Source: Promethearchaeota archaeon
GTDB taxonomy: Archaea > Asgardarchaeota > Lokiarchaeia > Sigyniarchaeales > SOKP01
NCBI GenBank assembly: GCA_019894975.1
Contig: JAGXNO010000053.1
Location: 1 to 20,657, forward strand
Reading direction: 5' to 3'
DNA: 20,657 nt
This document shows positions 7,243 through 16,795 of the stretch, one piece after another. The position numbers and the translations under genes were made by a program. Each line of letters starts with the position of its first letter. Position 1 is the first letter of the stretch. Under the pieces are notes generated by a model. The model did not search any database, had not been told where the DNA came from, and worked only from the letters and a program-made list of their open reading frames with translations.

Positions 7243-8970
7243 ATGTCGACAAATTTAGGAGAAGAAGATATATTAAGAAAAAAGATTTGGAAAATTATCA
7301 ATTTAATCCAAGCGAATCAACTATTTGTCCATTATAAAGAATTAAATATCAAACACTCTACTGATAATGGTAAAAAACTCCAGTCAAGAAATTTACCTGA
7401 AATTTTGACTTTGTGCATTTTAAATGCAATTGTTGCCAATTCAGCAATGCTCTTAATTGGTGGCCACGGAGGTGGGAAGACCAGCCTCACGAAGATTTTA
7501 GGAAGAATGTTTACAGCAAGTTCACTTAATGATATTGAAACCTCAATTATAAGGGGACATCCTCAATTAACTGAAGAAAAACTCATAGGTACATTAAAGC
7601 TTGGGAAACTGATGAAAGAAGGTGAGGAAGTGGTTGTATGGAGACAATTTGTAACAAATTTTTGGAAAATCATTGATGAGGTAAATCGCTTAACCCCCTA
7701 TGCTCAAGACATCCTATTATCACTTCTTGCTGAAGGTACGGTCAAATATTATGATTCTATAAGAACAATTAATAAATACTGCTTATTTGCTACTATAAAC
7801 CCAAACGATGTTGGGACGTTTGAATTATCTCAACCATTTCTGGATAGATTTGGTATTTCTGTTCCGATCGCAATGCCCGCGAGTCATGACTTACAACTGA
7901 TCTTGGCAGGAAAGGATGAAAAATACTCCGGACGAGATGAATTAATACAAGTTCCTAAAGTTTTAAATATTGATGAATTAATGGAAATTTGGTATTATGT
8001 TAATAGAATTACTTTTACTTCTGAAGTAAATAATTATATCCATGCTATAATAAGAGAATTTACCTTATGCTCAAGGGTCGACAAAGGTAATATCGAAGAA
8101 TTAAAACCAAGTACAGGTCTATGTACGGGTTGTCATTTTAATACAGTTCAGAATATTTGTAATAAAATTGATTCGATATTAAGCGTTAGAGTTGCGAAGG
8201 ATTTATTAAGATATTCAAAAGCCCTAGCATGGCTATTGGGAATTAGTACGATTGATGTCAATATTGTAAATACTATTGCACCATATGTAATATCACATCG
8301 AGTTATCTATGTTAAAAGAGAACTCGATAAATCTCCTTATTTCGGGAAAAGATATGAGTTTTCCAAGAATATGTTAAAAATAGTTCAAAAGCGTTTTAAA
8401 AATCGTGAACCGTGTTATCAAATATCTGAACGATTTCGAGAAGGAAATTCGAAAGAAACAGATCTAGCAGAACTAATAAAATTTGAAAAAAATGATTTAA
8501 TTGTAAAATTTGATTTAATCCCATTTGTGAACTCAGTTAACAATAAAAATTACCCTCCTCTTGCTCAAGAGATCAAAGAAGCTGCAAAAAAAGGAGATAT
8601 AAATACATTAGCGAAAATAAGAAATGATCTATTAGAGGATATTGATTTCCCAAATAGGGGAGATCTAATCGAATGGTGTAACCATGAGCTTTATAAGCAA
8701 ACTGTTACAGATTACATCATTAAGTTTTCTTATTGGAAAGATATTTGGGCGGATATCGCTGCCGAATTTTCAAATTTAGATCAACCTCTTAAGGACGCGT
8801 TTAGTCAACGGCAAACGAAACAAATACGTACTGAAGATCTAATAATTGAAATTAATGTAACTGGAACTAACGAAGATTCCTTAGTAAACATTCAAATTTC
8901 TGGAGGATCTGAGGCCCTAAAATTAAGATCGTTAATGGATAAATTAGAATATATAGAAAAACAAGATTAA
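7243..8970 (+). CDS. MoxR-type AAA+ ATPase
   Basis: Walker A GGHGGGKT, Walker B IIDEVNR, sensor I ATINP, Arg finger FLDRF and sensor II LSVR. Directly upstream of a VWA gene. Confidence 0.88.
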   Translation: MSTNLGEEDILRKKIWKIINLIQANQLFVHYKELNIKHSTDNGKKLQSRNLPEILTLCILNAIVANSAMLLIGGHGGGKTSLTKILGRMFTASSLNDIETSIIRGHPQLTEEKLIGTLKLGKLMKEGEEVVVWRQFVTNFWKIIDEVNRLTPYAQDILLSLLAEGTVKYYDSIRTINKYCLFATINPNDVGTFELSQPFLDRFGISVPIAMPASHDLQLILAGKDEKYSGRDELIQVPKVLNIDELMEIWYYVNRITFTSEVNNYIHAIIREFTLCSRVDKGNIEELKPSTGLCTGCHFNTVQNICNKIDSILSVRVAKDLLRYSKALAWLLGISTIDVNIVNTIAPYVISHRVIYVKRELDKSPYFGKRYEFSKNMLKIVQKRFKNREPCYQISERFREGNSKETDLAELIKFEKNDLIVKFDLIPFVNSVNNKNYPPLAQEIKEAAKKGDINTLAKIRNDLLEDIDFPNRGDLIEWCNHELYKQTVTDYIIKFSYWKDIWADIAAEFSNLDQPLKDAFSQRQTKQIRTEDLIIEINVTGTNEDSLVNIQISGGSEALKLRSLMDKLEYIEKQD

Positions 8971-8978
8971 TTTAAATA

Positions 8979-10697
8979 ATGTCTCTGTCTAAAAGAAAGA
9001 AAACTAAAGGGAGTAAGAAAGAATTAACCATCAAACAAAAGAGAATTGTTGATTTAGCAAAGATAGCGTGGGCTGAAACTTTAAAAGAATTTTATTATCC
9101 TCCTCTAAATGAGCCAACCTACTTATTTGATTATACCCATTTGGAAGGATTTTATATTGATCCTGAAAACCAATGGGAAATAACAATGAATCTTGCTAAT
9201 ACTCCATTGTTCAATGATGATCAAGAGTATATTGATTACTTTCATAGTATTTCACTCCATGAAGTTTCACATTACCAGATTATTCCTTATGACGGTTTAA
9301 CAAATGCAAAATTGCTTCGAGCAGCGATAGAAAATGTTAATCCAAATTATGCTCCTATTGTGGTAAATGTTTTTGCAGATCTGATTATTGATTATTTACT
9401 ATACAAAAAATATCCAAATCTGATAACATGGGAAGTAAAAGTAACCTATGAACACATTAAAAATAAAGGGAGAATGAGTGATTTCACTAAATTTCTATTC
9501 CGATCTTATGAGAAAATTTGGAATCTTAACCTCCTAAATGACGATTCACTAAAAAGTATTGATCCATTAGCTGAAAGGGTATCCAAAGTTATCCTTAAAG
9601 ATTTTGAAGATGAGTCCACATGGGAAAAAAAGGTTTCTACCGTTGCGAGGCATTTAAACAATTTAATTCAAGATTCATTCACGATGGTTGGTAAGAATGT
9701 AGTAAGAGAGAAAGGAAAAGAAAAAATCAAAAGTCCGGGAGGGGCATTTATTGAAGTTCCTAATGATGTTTTAGAAGTTATGGGTAATCCTCTCGAAAAT
9801 AAAAATTCTGATAAATTAAAAGAAAGTAATGAGGATGAAAGAAGACAAAAAGCTGAAGAATTTGCAAAAAATATCCCATACTCTGAGTTTGGTGGACCTG
9901 CAAGGCAAGCAGGCATTTTATTAGATGGAATTCCTCTGGCTACATGGTATAGAGGATTAGCAAAGAATCTTATTGAAATCAGAATACTTGAGGAACAACC
10001 AAGTGGACAATTACCTGTCTATCCGGAAGTGTGGCGTATAGGTGATAGAATTGAAGATCTAGATATAGTTCAAACTTTACTAAATAGTCCTGTTATCATC
10101 CCCAATCTTACTACTAGAAAATGGGCTTATGAAAAGGGACCAGGCCACCTTACAGAAAAACAAATTCCAGATTTATTACTCGTTTTAGATTCCTCTGGTT
10201 CTATGAAGTGGAATTACACATCAAGAATAGAAAGAGGGAGGGGCCCATATCATGTAGCACTAGTTGCTGCTTTTGCAGCTCTTCATTACGCCGCAAATAA
10301 GGGAGTTAAATTTAGCGTAATTAATTTTTCAAACAAAGCAGACGTTTGTCAATGGACGGCAGATTTTAAAAAAGCTGAGCGTGTGTTATTAAGATATCAA
10401 GGAGGAGGTACAGTTCTGCCAATAGATGAAATTGTTCAGCAGTGTGATAAGGCCGAAAGGAAAGCTCTTATTTTTATAATTACTGATTTTGGCATTTATA
10501 ATTGGAGTAAGTCTAAAAAAATAATGTTAGATTTAGCTCAACGAGGCCATAAGATTGTAGGGTTTTTCATAGGAGCATCTAAAATACCAAAAGATAAATT
10601 TAAAACCCTCTTGGATAAAGTGACTTTCTACGGAATAAGAGATGCTAAAGATTTAATTGATTTAGTTATTACTGAGGTCAAAAAATATTACTTATGA
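8979..10697 (+). CDS. VWA (MIDAS) domain protein with an N-terminal HExxH metallopeptidase-like domain
   Basis: LHEVSH (9255-9272) with downstream NVFADLII. The C-terminal VWA has LVLDSSGS, GGGT and IITD. Starts 8 nt after the AAA stop. Confidence 0.88.
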   Translation: MSLSKRKKTKGSKKELTIKQKRIVDLAKIAWAETLKEFYYPPLNEPTYLFDYTHLEGFYIDPENQWEITMNLANTPLFNDDQEYIDYFHSISLHEVSHYQIIPYDGLTNAKLLRAAIENVNPNYAPIVVNVFADLIIDYLLYKKYPNLITWEVKVTYEHIKNKGRMSDFTKFLFRSYEKIWNLNLLNDDSLKSIDPLAERVSKVILKDFEDESTWEKKVSTVARHLNNLIQDSFTMVGKNVVREKGKEKIKSPGGAFIEVPNDVLEVMGNPLENKNSDKLKESNEDERRQKAEEFAKNIPYSEFGGPARQAGILLDGIPLATWYRGLAKNLIEIRILEEQPSGQLPVYPEVWRIGDRIEDLDIVQTLLNSPVIIPNLTTRKWAYEKGPGHLTEKQIPDLLLVLDSSGSMKWNYTSRIERGRGPYHVALVAAFAALHYAANKGVKFSVINFSNKADVCQWTADFKKAERVLLRYQGGGTVLPIDEIVQQCDKAERKALIFIITDFGIYNWSKSKKIMLDLAQRGHKIVGFFIGASKIPKDKFKTLLDKVTFYGIRDAKDLIDLVITEVKKYYL

Positions 10698-10725
10698 ACT
10701 TACTATTACCCAATACATTGAATAA

Positions 10726-11187
10726 TTATTCCGGTTTGTTGATTTCACGCAAATAGAGTTTCATGAAATAACGCTGAGTAGTACAGTAATATAATTTATC
10801 TTTATTGGTTAAATGTCTGCAATTTTGTAATACATTTTGGATATCCGTAAGCAATTTAAAATTGGCATATTTTGCCTTAAGTTGTATTACTTCAGGCAAT
10901 TGGGCTATAATATCCTCAACCTTAATTTCATAAAACAGATTTTCCAGATTTAGGATGGGTTCGGGTGCATCTAATCTTGAACTTGTCATAATATCTACTC
11001 CTTCCTCAAGATTTTTTACGATATTCTGAGAGTTAACAGATTTCTGACCAAAGTATTCATCACAAATCCCTTTATGCCTGTATCTACAATTTTGACAATT
11101 GTGTAAATTCGGTTCTAGCTTAGTATGACAATTGTTTGGGATTTTTTTAAGGTCATTTTCTAATTCGTTTAAATTTGAAAGCATCAT
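10726..11187 (-). CDS. Hypothetical Cys-rich protein
   Basis: 153-aa ORF in otherwise free space, with an N-terminal C-x9-C-x2-C-x7-C cluster. No family recognised. Confidence 0.6.
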   Translation of the reverse strand: MMLSNLNELENDLKKIPNNCHTKLEPNLHNCQNCRYRHKGICDEYFGQKSVNSQNIVKNLEEGVDIMTSSRLDAPEPILNLENLFYEIKVEDIIAQLPEVIQLKAKYANFKLLTDIQNVLQNCRHLTNKDKLYYCTTQRYFMKLYLREINKPE

Positions 11188-11353
11188 TTTTTACATATGT
11201 GTTTCTCTTGTAATTCTCTGATATCAGTGGAGAAATATCCAGATATATATTAAAAACATAAGATCCTTTCTTTTGAAATTAAGTAATATCCAAGCAATAT
11301 CCTCAAAAATAAAAAAAAGGGATTTTAAAATAAGGAATAAAGATTTTTAATGA

Positions 11354-11881
11354 TCAGAGTACAGAAAGTATCCCATCAATATCTAACCATCCTTTTAGTG
11401 CATGAATTATTATACCATGTTCATCTATTACAAATTGACCGGGGCCTTGTTTTTCTTCTCCCTCATATTCACCATGTTTAAATCCGTGCTTTTGAACTTC
11501 CTTTAATTTTAGTGGAATTTGCTTAACTGCATCAGATGTCATTACTCCTAAACCATATTCTGCATAAAGCTCATCTTTAGAGCTTGGAATTACAGGAAAA
11601 TCTACATTCTCCTTTTCAATATATTCTTTTGCTATTTTTTCACCTGATTGTGTGATATATAATATTTTGGCATTCTTTTCTTCAATCTCAGCTTTACGTT
11701 TAAGAAGTTCTTTAAAATCCACTTGGCATATAGGACATCCAAAATATCTTGAAAAGATTAATACAATCTTTTGGTCTCCTATTAAACTTGCCAAATCAAT
11801 ATTTCCTGCATTGTAGGAATCTAATTTAAATAAAGGAGCTTCACTTCCTTCTGTAATTTCTTTTTTTTCCATAGAACTCAC
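11354..11881 (-). CDS. Peroxiredoxin-like / AhpC-TSA redoxin protein
   Basis: EGSEAPLFKL, VLIFSRYFGCPIC (CxxC), LYAEYGL and GQFVIDEHGII, consistent with a thioredoxin fold. Confidence 0.85.
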   Translation of the reverse strand: MSSMEKKEITEGSEAPLFKLDSYNAGNIDLASLIGDQKIVLIFSRYFGCPICQVDFKELLKRKAEIEEKNAKILYITQSGEKIAKEYIEKENVDFPVIPSSKDELYAEYGLGVMTSDAVKQIPLKLKEVQKHGFKHGEYEGEEKQGPGQFVIDEHGIIIHALKGWLDIDGILSVL

Positions 11882-11995
11882 ATACCATTTATTCTATTTT
11901 TTTAATGTATAGTTTCATAAAAGATTTATTAGCAGCATTTTCTCCACAATTAAATATAAAAGATTAAAAGTTTCAAAGTAGATTTTATAATTAAG

Positions 11996-13840
11996 GTGAA
12001 TTTCTCTTTGAATGGTTTTACAGGAAAACTTTTGATAATAAATTTAGATAATAATGGTATTACAGAAGAGCCCTTGAATGAAGAAATAGCAAAGAACTTC
12101 CTTGGGGGGGCAGGATACTGCTGTAAATACTTATATGATAAATTAGATAAAGATACGGATCCTTTATCTCCGGAAAATATTATAATGTTTATGACAGGTC
12201 CCTTCTGTGGATCTAATATACCTTCAAGTGGAAGGTTTGTCGTGTGTGCTAAGTCTCCTTTAACAGGAATTTGGGGGGAATCAAATTGCGGGGGATTTTT
12301 CGGACCTGAATTGAAGAAAGTAGGATTTGATGGAATTATAATAAAAGGAGCTTCAGACACACCCGTATATATAGAAATCACTGAAAATAATGTGAGTATT
12401 AAAGATGCTACTCCAATATGGGGAAAGGGTATCTTTGAGACATCTAAGATATTAAAAGAAAAATTAGGTGCAATTGCGCGAGTTGCATGCATTGGACCTG
12501 CTGGTGAAAATCTTGTAAAATACGCAATAATTGCATCAGAAGATAGAGCTGCAGGAAGAACTGGGATGGGTGCAGTAATGGGGTCAAAAAAATTAAAAGC
12601 TATAGTCGTTAAAGGTGTAAAAGTAGGATATACTCCTGCTAATCCTCAAAAACTTAAAGAAACTATAAAAAAAGCAAGAGATCATATTATGGATTCATTC
12701 ATTCCTCAAGCGTTTGGCCAGTTAGGAACTTCGGGAGGAGTTGACACAGGTAACGCTTATGGAGATTTACCAATTAAGTATTGGACATTAGGCACATGGA
12801 AAGAGGCATATAAAATCTCAGGGATAACTGCTTTTGAAACAATTTATACGAGAAAATATCATTGTTATTCATGTCCTATTGGATGTGGTCATAAAGTCTT
12901 TATAAAAGAAGGAGATTATAAAACAGAAACAGAAATTCAAGCAGCTGAATATGAAACTGTAGTAGGATTCGGTTCACTGATATTAAATGATAACTTAGAA
13001 TCTATAGAGAAAGCAAATTATTTATGTAATGATTATGGGGTTGATACGATTAGTGGAAGTAGCACTATTGCCCTACTATACTATCTTTTTAATAATCAGA
13101 AAATAAAATCTGAAGATATTGATGCTCTTGAACCAAAATGGGGTGATGTCATTCCAGCTCTTAAATTAATTAAGAAAATTGCTTTTAGAGAAGGTATTGG
13201 AAACTTGCTAGCAGACGGTTCTGATGCTGTTGGGAAAGTTTTTAAGATACCGCAAGATGAAATTGCTACAGTCTATGGTATGGAAGTACCATATCATGAT
13301 GTACGACATATTTATGGTATGGCTATAGCATATGCTTTAGGTACACCGAGAGGACCATGTCATGAGTCTTGTGATATGTTTCTTCTGCTGATGGGTTCTC
13401 GACTTGAAAGTTTTGGGATTGAACCGATTGAATGGGATCAGAATGATGATAAAATGGCAATTGTTAGTGCATTGGCTCAAGATTATCGTGCTATTTATAA
13501 TTCAATGATTATGTGTAATATTGCAGATCCTCTACCTGAAATGATTATAGATCTTATCGATGCCGCGATAGGATTGAGCTTAAATATGACAGATTTTAAA
13601 AAGTTAGGGGAAAGAATCTATATGATCAAACGAATGTTCAACCTAAAAATGGGGATCACACCTGATGATGATAGATTACCCCAGATATTGCTAAATCCTG
13701 TTAAAGAAGGTGGTGCAGCAGGAAAAACCCCGAATTTTGAAAAATTAAAAAAGGCATATTATAGGTACCGAACTTTTGATGCTAAAACAGGTTATCCAAA
13801 TCAAGGAAAATTAAAACTATTGGGATTAGATAATCTTTAA
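11996..13840 (+). CDS. aor: Tungsten-dependent aldehyde:ferredoxin oxidoreductase family protein
   Basis: KSPLTG..GESNCGG, IGPAGENLV, GRTGMGAVMGSKKLKAI, Fe-S motif CYSCPIGC, EYET, GVDTIS and RGPCH; 614 aa. Confidence 0.95.
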   Translation: MNFSLNGFTGKLLIINLDNNGITEEPLNEEIAKNFLGGAGYCCKYLYDKLDKDTDPLSPENIIMFMTGPFCGSNIPSSGRFVVCAKSPLTGIWGESNCGGFFGPELKKVGFDGIIIKGASDTPVYIEITENNVSIKDATPIWGKGIFETSKILKEKLGAIARVACIGPAGENLVKYAIIASEDRAAGRTGMGAVMGSKKLKAIVVKGVKVGYTPANPQKLKETIKKARDHIMDSFIPQAFGQLGTSGGVDTGNAYGDLPIKYWTLGTWKEAYKISGITAFETIYTRKYHCYSCPIGCGHKVFIKEGDYKTETEIQAAEYETVVGFGSLILNDNLESIEKANYLCNDYGVDTISGSSTIALLYYLFNNQKIKSEDIDALEPKWGDVIPALKLIKKIAFREGIGNLLADGSDAVGKVFKIPQDEIATVYGMEVPYHDVRHIYGMAIAYALGTPRGPCHESCDMFLLLMGSRLESFGIEPIEWDQNDDKMAIVSALAQDYRAIYNSMIMCNIADPLPEMIIDLIDAAIGLSLNMTDFKKLGERIYMIKRMFNLKMGITPDDDRLPQILLNPVKEGGAAGKTPNFEKLKKAYYRYRTFDAKTGYPNQGKLKLLGLDNL

Positions 13841-15036
13841 AAGTCAATATCTTTTCCTTCATAAGCATATGTATAAATTTTCGCAAATTCTTCCTTGGTT
13901 GGAGTTCTTGGGGCCATTACACTGCTGGGATCTTGAAAGCATAAACTAATTACTTTATCAAGATTTTTCTCGAATTCATCCCTTTTAATGCCTAAATCTT
14001 TAAGATTAGAAATAAATTTTACTTCCTTTTGAAGTTCTTTAATTTTCTCGACAACAGTATAAGCTGCTTTCTTGTTTTCATCATCCCATTTTGCCCATCC
14101 TAACTTTTTAGCTAAATCTGAATACATTAAAATTGAGTCATTTGTTTCACCAGGAGCATTTAAACAATATTGGGTTATATATCTAAGGAAAAGGCCTACC
14201 GATTGTCCATGAGATGTATGAAAAACTCCACTCCAACTATGGCCTATTGCATGACCTATATGAACTTGAGCATTACTAAAGGCTAAACCAGCTATACTAG
14301 CTGCTTGATGCATATAATCTCTTGCTACTTTGTTATTCCCATCTTTATACACTAAGGGCAAATATTTGAATAAAAGTTCAATAGCCTTAATTCCCAGTGC
14401 ATTAGAAAATTCATTTCTCCAACCAGAGGTATATCCTTCCATTGCATGTGCTAATGAATCAAATGCCGTATCAACAGTTAATTTGGGAGGCATTCCCATA
14501 GGAAAGATGGGATCAATAATAGCATAGGTCGGGATCAATGATTTGTGACCTAATGACGCTTTTCTCCAAATATTATTTTGAAATCTGGAGATAAGGATTA
14601 CCCAAGACACCTCGGCTCCTGTTCCCGAAGTAGTAGGAATAGCAATTAAATTTGCTTTATTACCTATATCAAATAAATCTTCATTAAAGGGATCAATATT
14701 ATCCAGAGTAAATTCCGGTTTTTCATACAGTGCCCATATTGCTTTTGCTGAATCCATAACAGAGCCCCCTCCTAAAGCTATTATTAAATCCGGCTCATAT
14801 GAAATACATTGTTCTTTTCCTTTCATGATATCATCTTCATAAGGATCTGGCACTACATCATTAAAAACAGTATATTTTCTGCCATATTTTTCAAGTCTGT
14901 CAGTTAAAATCTTTAAATAGCCTAATTCTTCAATTACTTTATCAGTAACAATAAAGCATTTTTTTCCTTTTATTTTTTCCAAGAATTCTAGAGAATCTTC
15001 GCCGTATATTATATTTGGGCTAAAAAAATACCACAT
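13837..15036 (-). CDS. Iron-containing alcohol dehydrogenase
   Basis: GGGSVMD, IPTTSGTGAE, and metal ligands in DSLAHAMEG, HAIGH and HGQS. Confidence 0.95.
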   Translation of the reverse strand: MWYFFSPNIIYGEDSLEFLEKIKGKKCFIVTDKVIEELGYLKILTDRLEKYGRKYTVFNDVVPDPYEDDIMKGKEQCISYEPDLIIALGGGSVMDSAKAIWALYEKPEFTLDNIDPFNEDLFDIGNKANLIAIPTTSGTGAEVSWVILISRFQNNIWRKASLGHKSLIPTYAIIDPIFPMGMPPKLTVDTAFDSLAHAMEGYTSGWRNEFSNALGIKAIELLFKYLPLVYKDGNNKVARDYMHQAASIAGLAFSNAQVHIGHAIGHSWSGVFHTSHGQSVGLFLRYITQYCLNAPGETNDSILMYSDLAKKLGWAKWDDENKKAAYTVVEKIKELQKEVKFISNLKDLGIKRDEFEKNLDKVISLCFQDPSSVMAPRTPTKEEFAKIYTYAYEGKDIDF

Positions 15037-15308
15037 TTATATTTTACACCTTTAAATTTTCTTTTTAAGTTAACAAAATTAATCAGGTTTCTTTTAATTT
15101 GTTAATAAGATCTATACTTTAATTAGATTTAATACTGAATTAATAAATTAAAAACGATTCAAGTGATTATATCCATAAAAATTAAAATTTGTTGAAAATC
15201 AATTAATACATAAAAGAAAATTAGTAGATATTTTAAAAAATAAAATTAATATTAATATGGTAGAATTCTAGTATTACATGTAATCAACAAATTTAATAGC
15301 CAATAAAA

Positions 15309-16118
15309 GTGGAAAAAGTGAATAATTTGGTCAAGAAAGAATATATCTGTGATAAAGGTAAAAGAAGTTCCATTGTTATAGACAACCTTACAGTGGAGAT
15401 CAAGGAAGGTGCTACCCTAGTTTTAGGATTTGCAGGTATCGGTCTCATAGGCCCCATTGTTGCCAATACCCTCATTGAACAGCTTCCCGATGTAAAAGAA
15501 ATTGGATTTATTACGAGTGAATACCTTCCCCCTATAAGTGTGTTTTATGCTGGAGTATTAAAACACCCTTTCAGAGTGCTTTATTCCCCCCAACATAACT
15601 TATTAATCGGGATATGTGAAGTACCTTTCCAAGTCGTATCCGCATATAACGACCTTTCCAAAACAATTTGTAACTGGGCGTTGTCTGAAGATGTTAAAGC
15701 AAAGGAAATTGTTATATTCCAGGGAATACCTCAGAGGGGTATAATTGAGGAATACCCGGTTTATTATGCTGCTGAAGAGGAAATGATGGAGCGGTTAGAG
15801 AAATATGGCGTATCTGTTTTAGAAAAGGGGATCATAGTGGGTCCGGAAGCTACCGTATTAAACGAGGCGTTAACAAATAGATTGCATGCTTATGCTTTGT
15901 TCACACCCGTTTTAGAGATTCCTACTCCTGAGGGTGCTGCCAGTATTTTAGAAGTATTGAATAAGATTTATAATTTAACAATAGATACTGCACCCCTTAT
16001 AGAACAAGGGAAAGAGATCAAAGCTAAGATGTTGGAATTAGCCCAAAAAGCTCAACAATATCAACAGCAGCAGCAACTACCTGGAACTGGTAAAGAATAC
16101 ACTCAATACTTTCAATAA
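15309..16118 (+). CDS. PAC2-family proteasome assembly chaperone (PbaA/PbaB-like)
   Basis: LVLGFAGIGLIGPI, IGFITSEYLPP, HPFRV, GIIVG and PTPEGAASILEVL match PAC2. The start may instead be TTG at 15327. Confidence 0.88.
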   Translation: MEKVNNLVKKEYICDKGKRSSIVIDNLTVEIKEGATLVLGFAGIGLIGPIVANTLIEQLPDVKEIGFITSEYLPPISVFYAGVLKHPFRVLYSPQHNLLIGICEVPFQVVSAYNDLSKTICNWALSEDVKAKEIVIFQGIPQRGIIEEYPVYYAAEEEMMERLEKYGVSVLEKGIIVGPEATVLNEALTNRLHAYALFTPVLEIPTPEGAASILEVLNKIYNLTIDTAPLIEQGKEIKAKMLELAQKAQQYQQQQQLPGTGKEYTQYFQ

Positions 16119-16125
16119 TGAATTA

Positions 16126-16157
16126 TTTTTTTAATATCCAACTCTATTTTTTATTTT
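16126..16157 (+). terminator. Oligo-T terminator after the PAC2 gene
   Basis: Successive T runs immediately after the stop at 16118. Confidence 0.45.
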
Positions 16158-16236
16158 ACGATTTCTTTGGTTCTAATTAAAGAACTTATATGGATTAAGG
16201 TAAAATTTAAAGAATCTAGAAAAATTAAATCTCTTT

Positions 16237-16743
16237 ATGAAATATAACAAAACACATGCAGCGGTTTGTGGTCTTTATTGCCCAGGGTGCACAGTTTTCA
16301 TAGCTTCTCAAGAGGATCCGGCGCGTCTTAAATTCCTTGCTGATATGTCTGGGATAACTCCTGAAGAAATGAGATGTAATGGTTGCCGATCAGATAAGCG
16401 TATCCCTTATTGTGAAAATTGTAAGCTTTATCCTTGCGCTCAAGAAAAAGGAATAGATTTCTGTGGTGAATGTGATGAATATCCCTGTGAGGATTTAAAA
16501 GAATTTCAGTCCTTAGCACCCCATCGTTTAGAGTTATGGGATGCCCATGAAGAGATTGTAAAGAATGGTTATGAAAAATGGATGGAAAATATGAAGGAAC
16601 ATTATTCATGTTCACAGTGTGGCAAAATTAATTCTGCTTATGATTTCAAGTGCAGATCATGTGGTTCCGAGCCAAGTAGTCACTATTCTGAAAGGCATAA
16701 TAAAGAAGTAATAGAATTCTTGGCAAAGCAACAATCTAAGTAG
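16237..16743 (+). CDS. DUF3795-like Cys-rich metal-binding protein
   Basis: CGLYCPGC, CNGCRS, CENCKLYPC, FCGECDEYPC, and a C-terminal Zn-ribbon CSQC...CRSC. Confidence 0.85.
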   Translation: MKYNKTHAAVCGLYCPGCTVFIASQEDPARLKFLADMSGITPEEMRCNGCRSDKRIPYCENCKLYPCAQEKGIDFCGECDEYPCEDLKEFQSLAPHRLELWDAHEEIVKNGYEKWMENMKEHYSCSQCGKINSAYDFKCRSCGSEPSSHYSERHNKEVIEFLAKQQSK

Positions 16744-16795
16744 AGAAGGTAAATTCAATCATTTTTAAAAAAAGGGTTTAGTAAAATAACAAAAA

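Noticed and set aside
9668-9916. 82-aa minus-strand ORF
   Set aside because: Antisense shadow of the VWA gene.
11726-11737. Possible selenocysteine in the peroxiredoxin-like CxxC
   Set aside because: Both codons are ordinary Cys (TGT, TGC), and there is no in-frame TGA.
11950-12492. 180-aa minus-strand ORF
   Set aside because: Antisense shadow of the strongly supported AOR gene.
14330-14527. 65-aa plus-strand ORF
   Set aside because: Antisense shadow of the Fe-ADH gene.
15293-15475. 60-aa minus-strand ORF
   Set aside because: Antisense to the PAC2 gene start, with no motif.
16328-16615. 95-aa His-rich minus-strand ORF
   Set aside because: Antisense shadow of the Cys-rich DUF3795-like gene.
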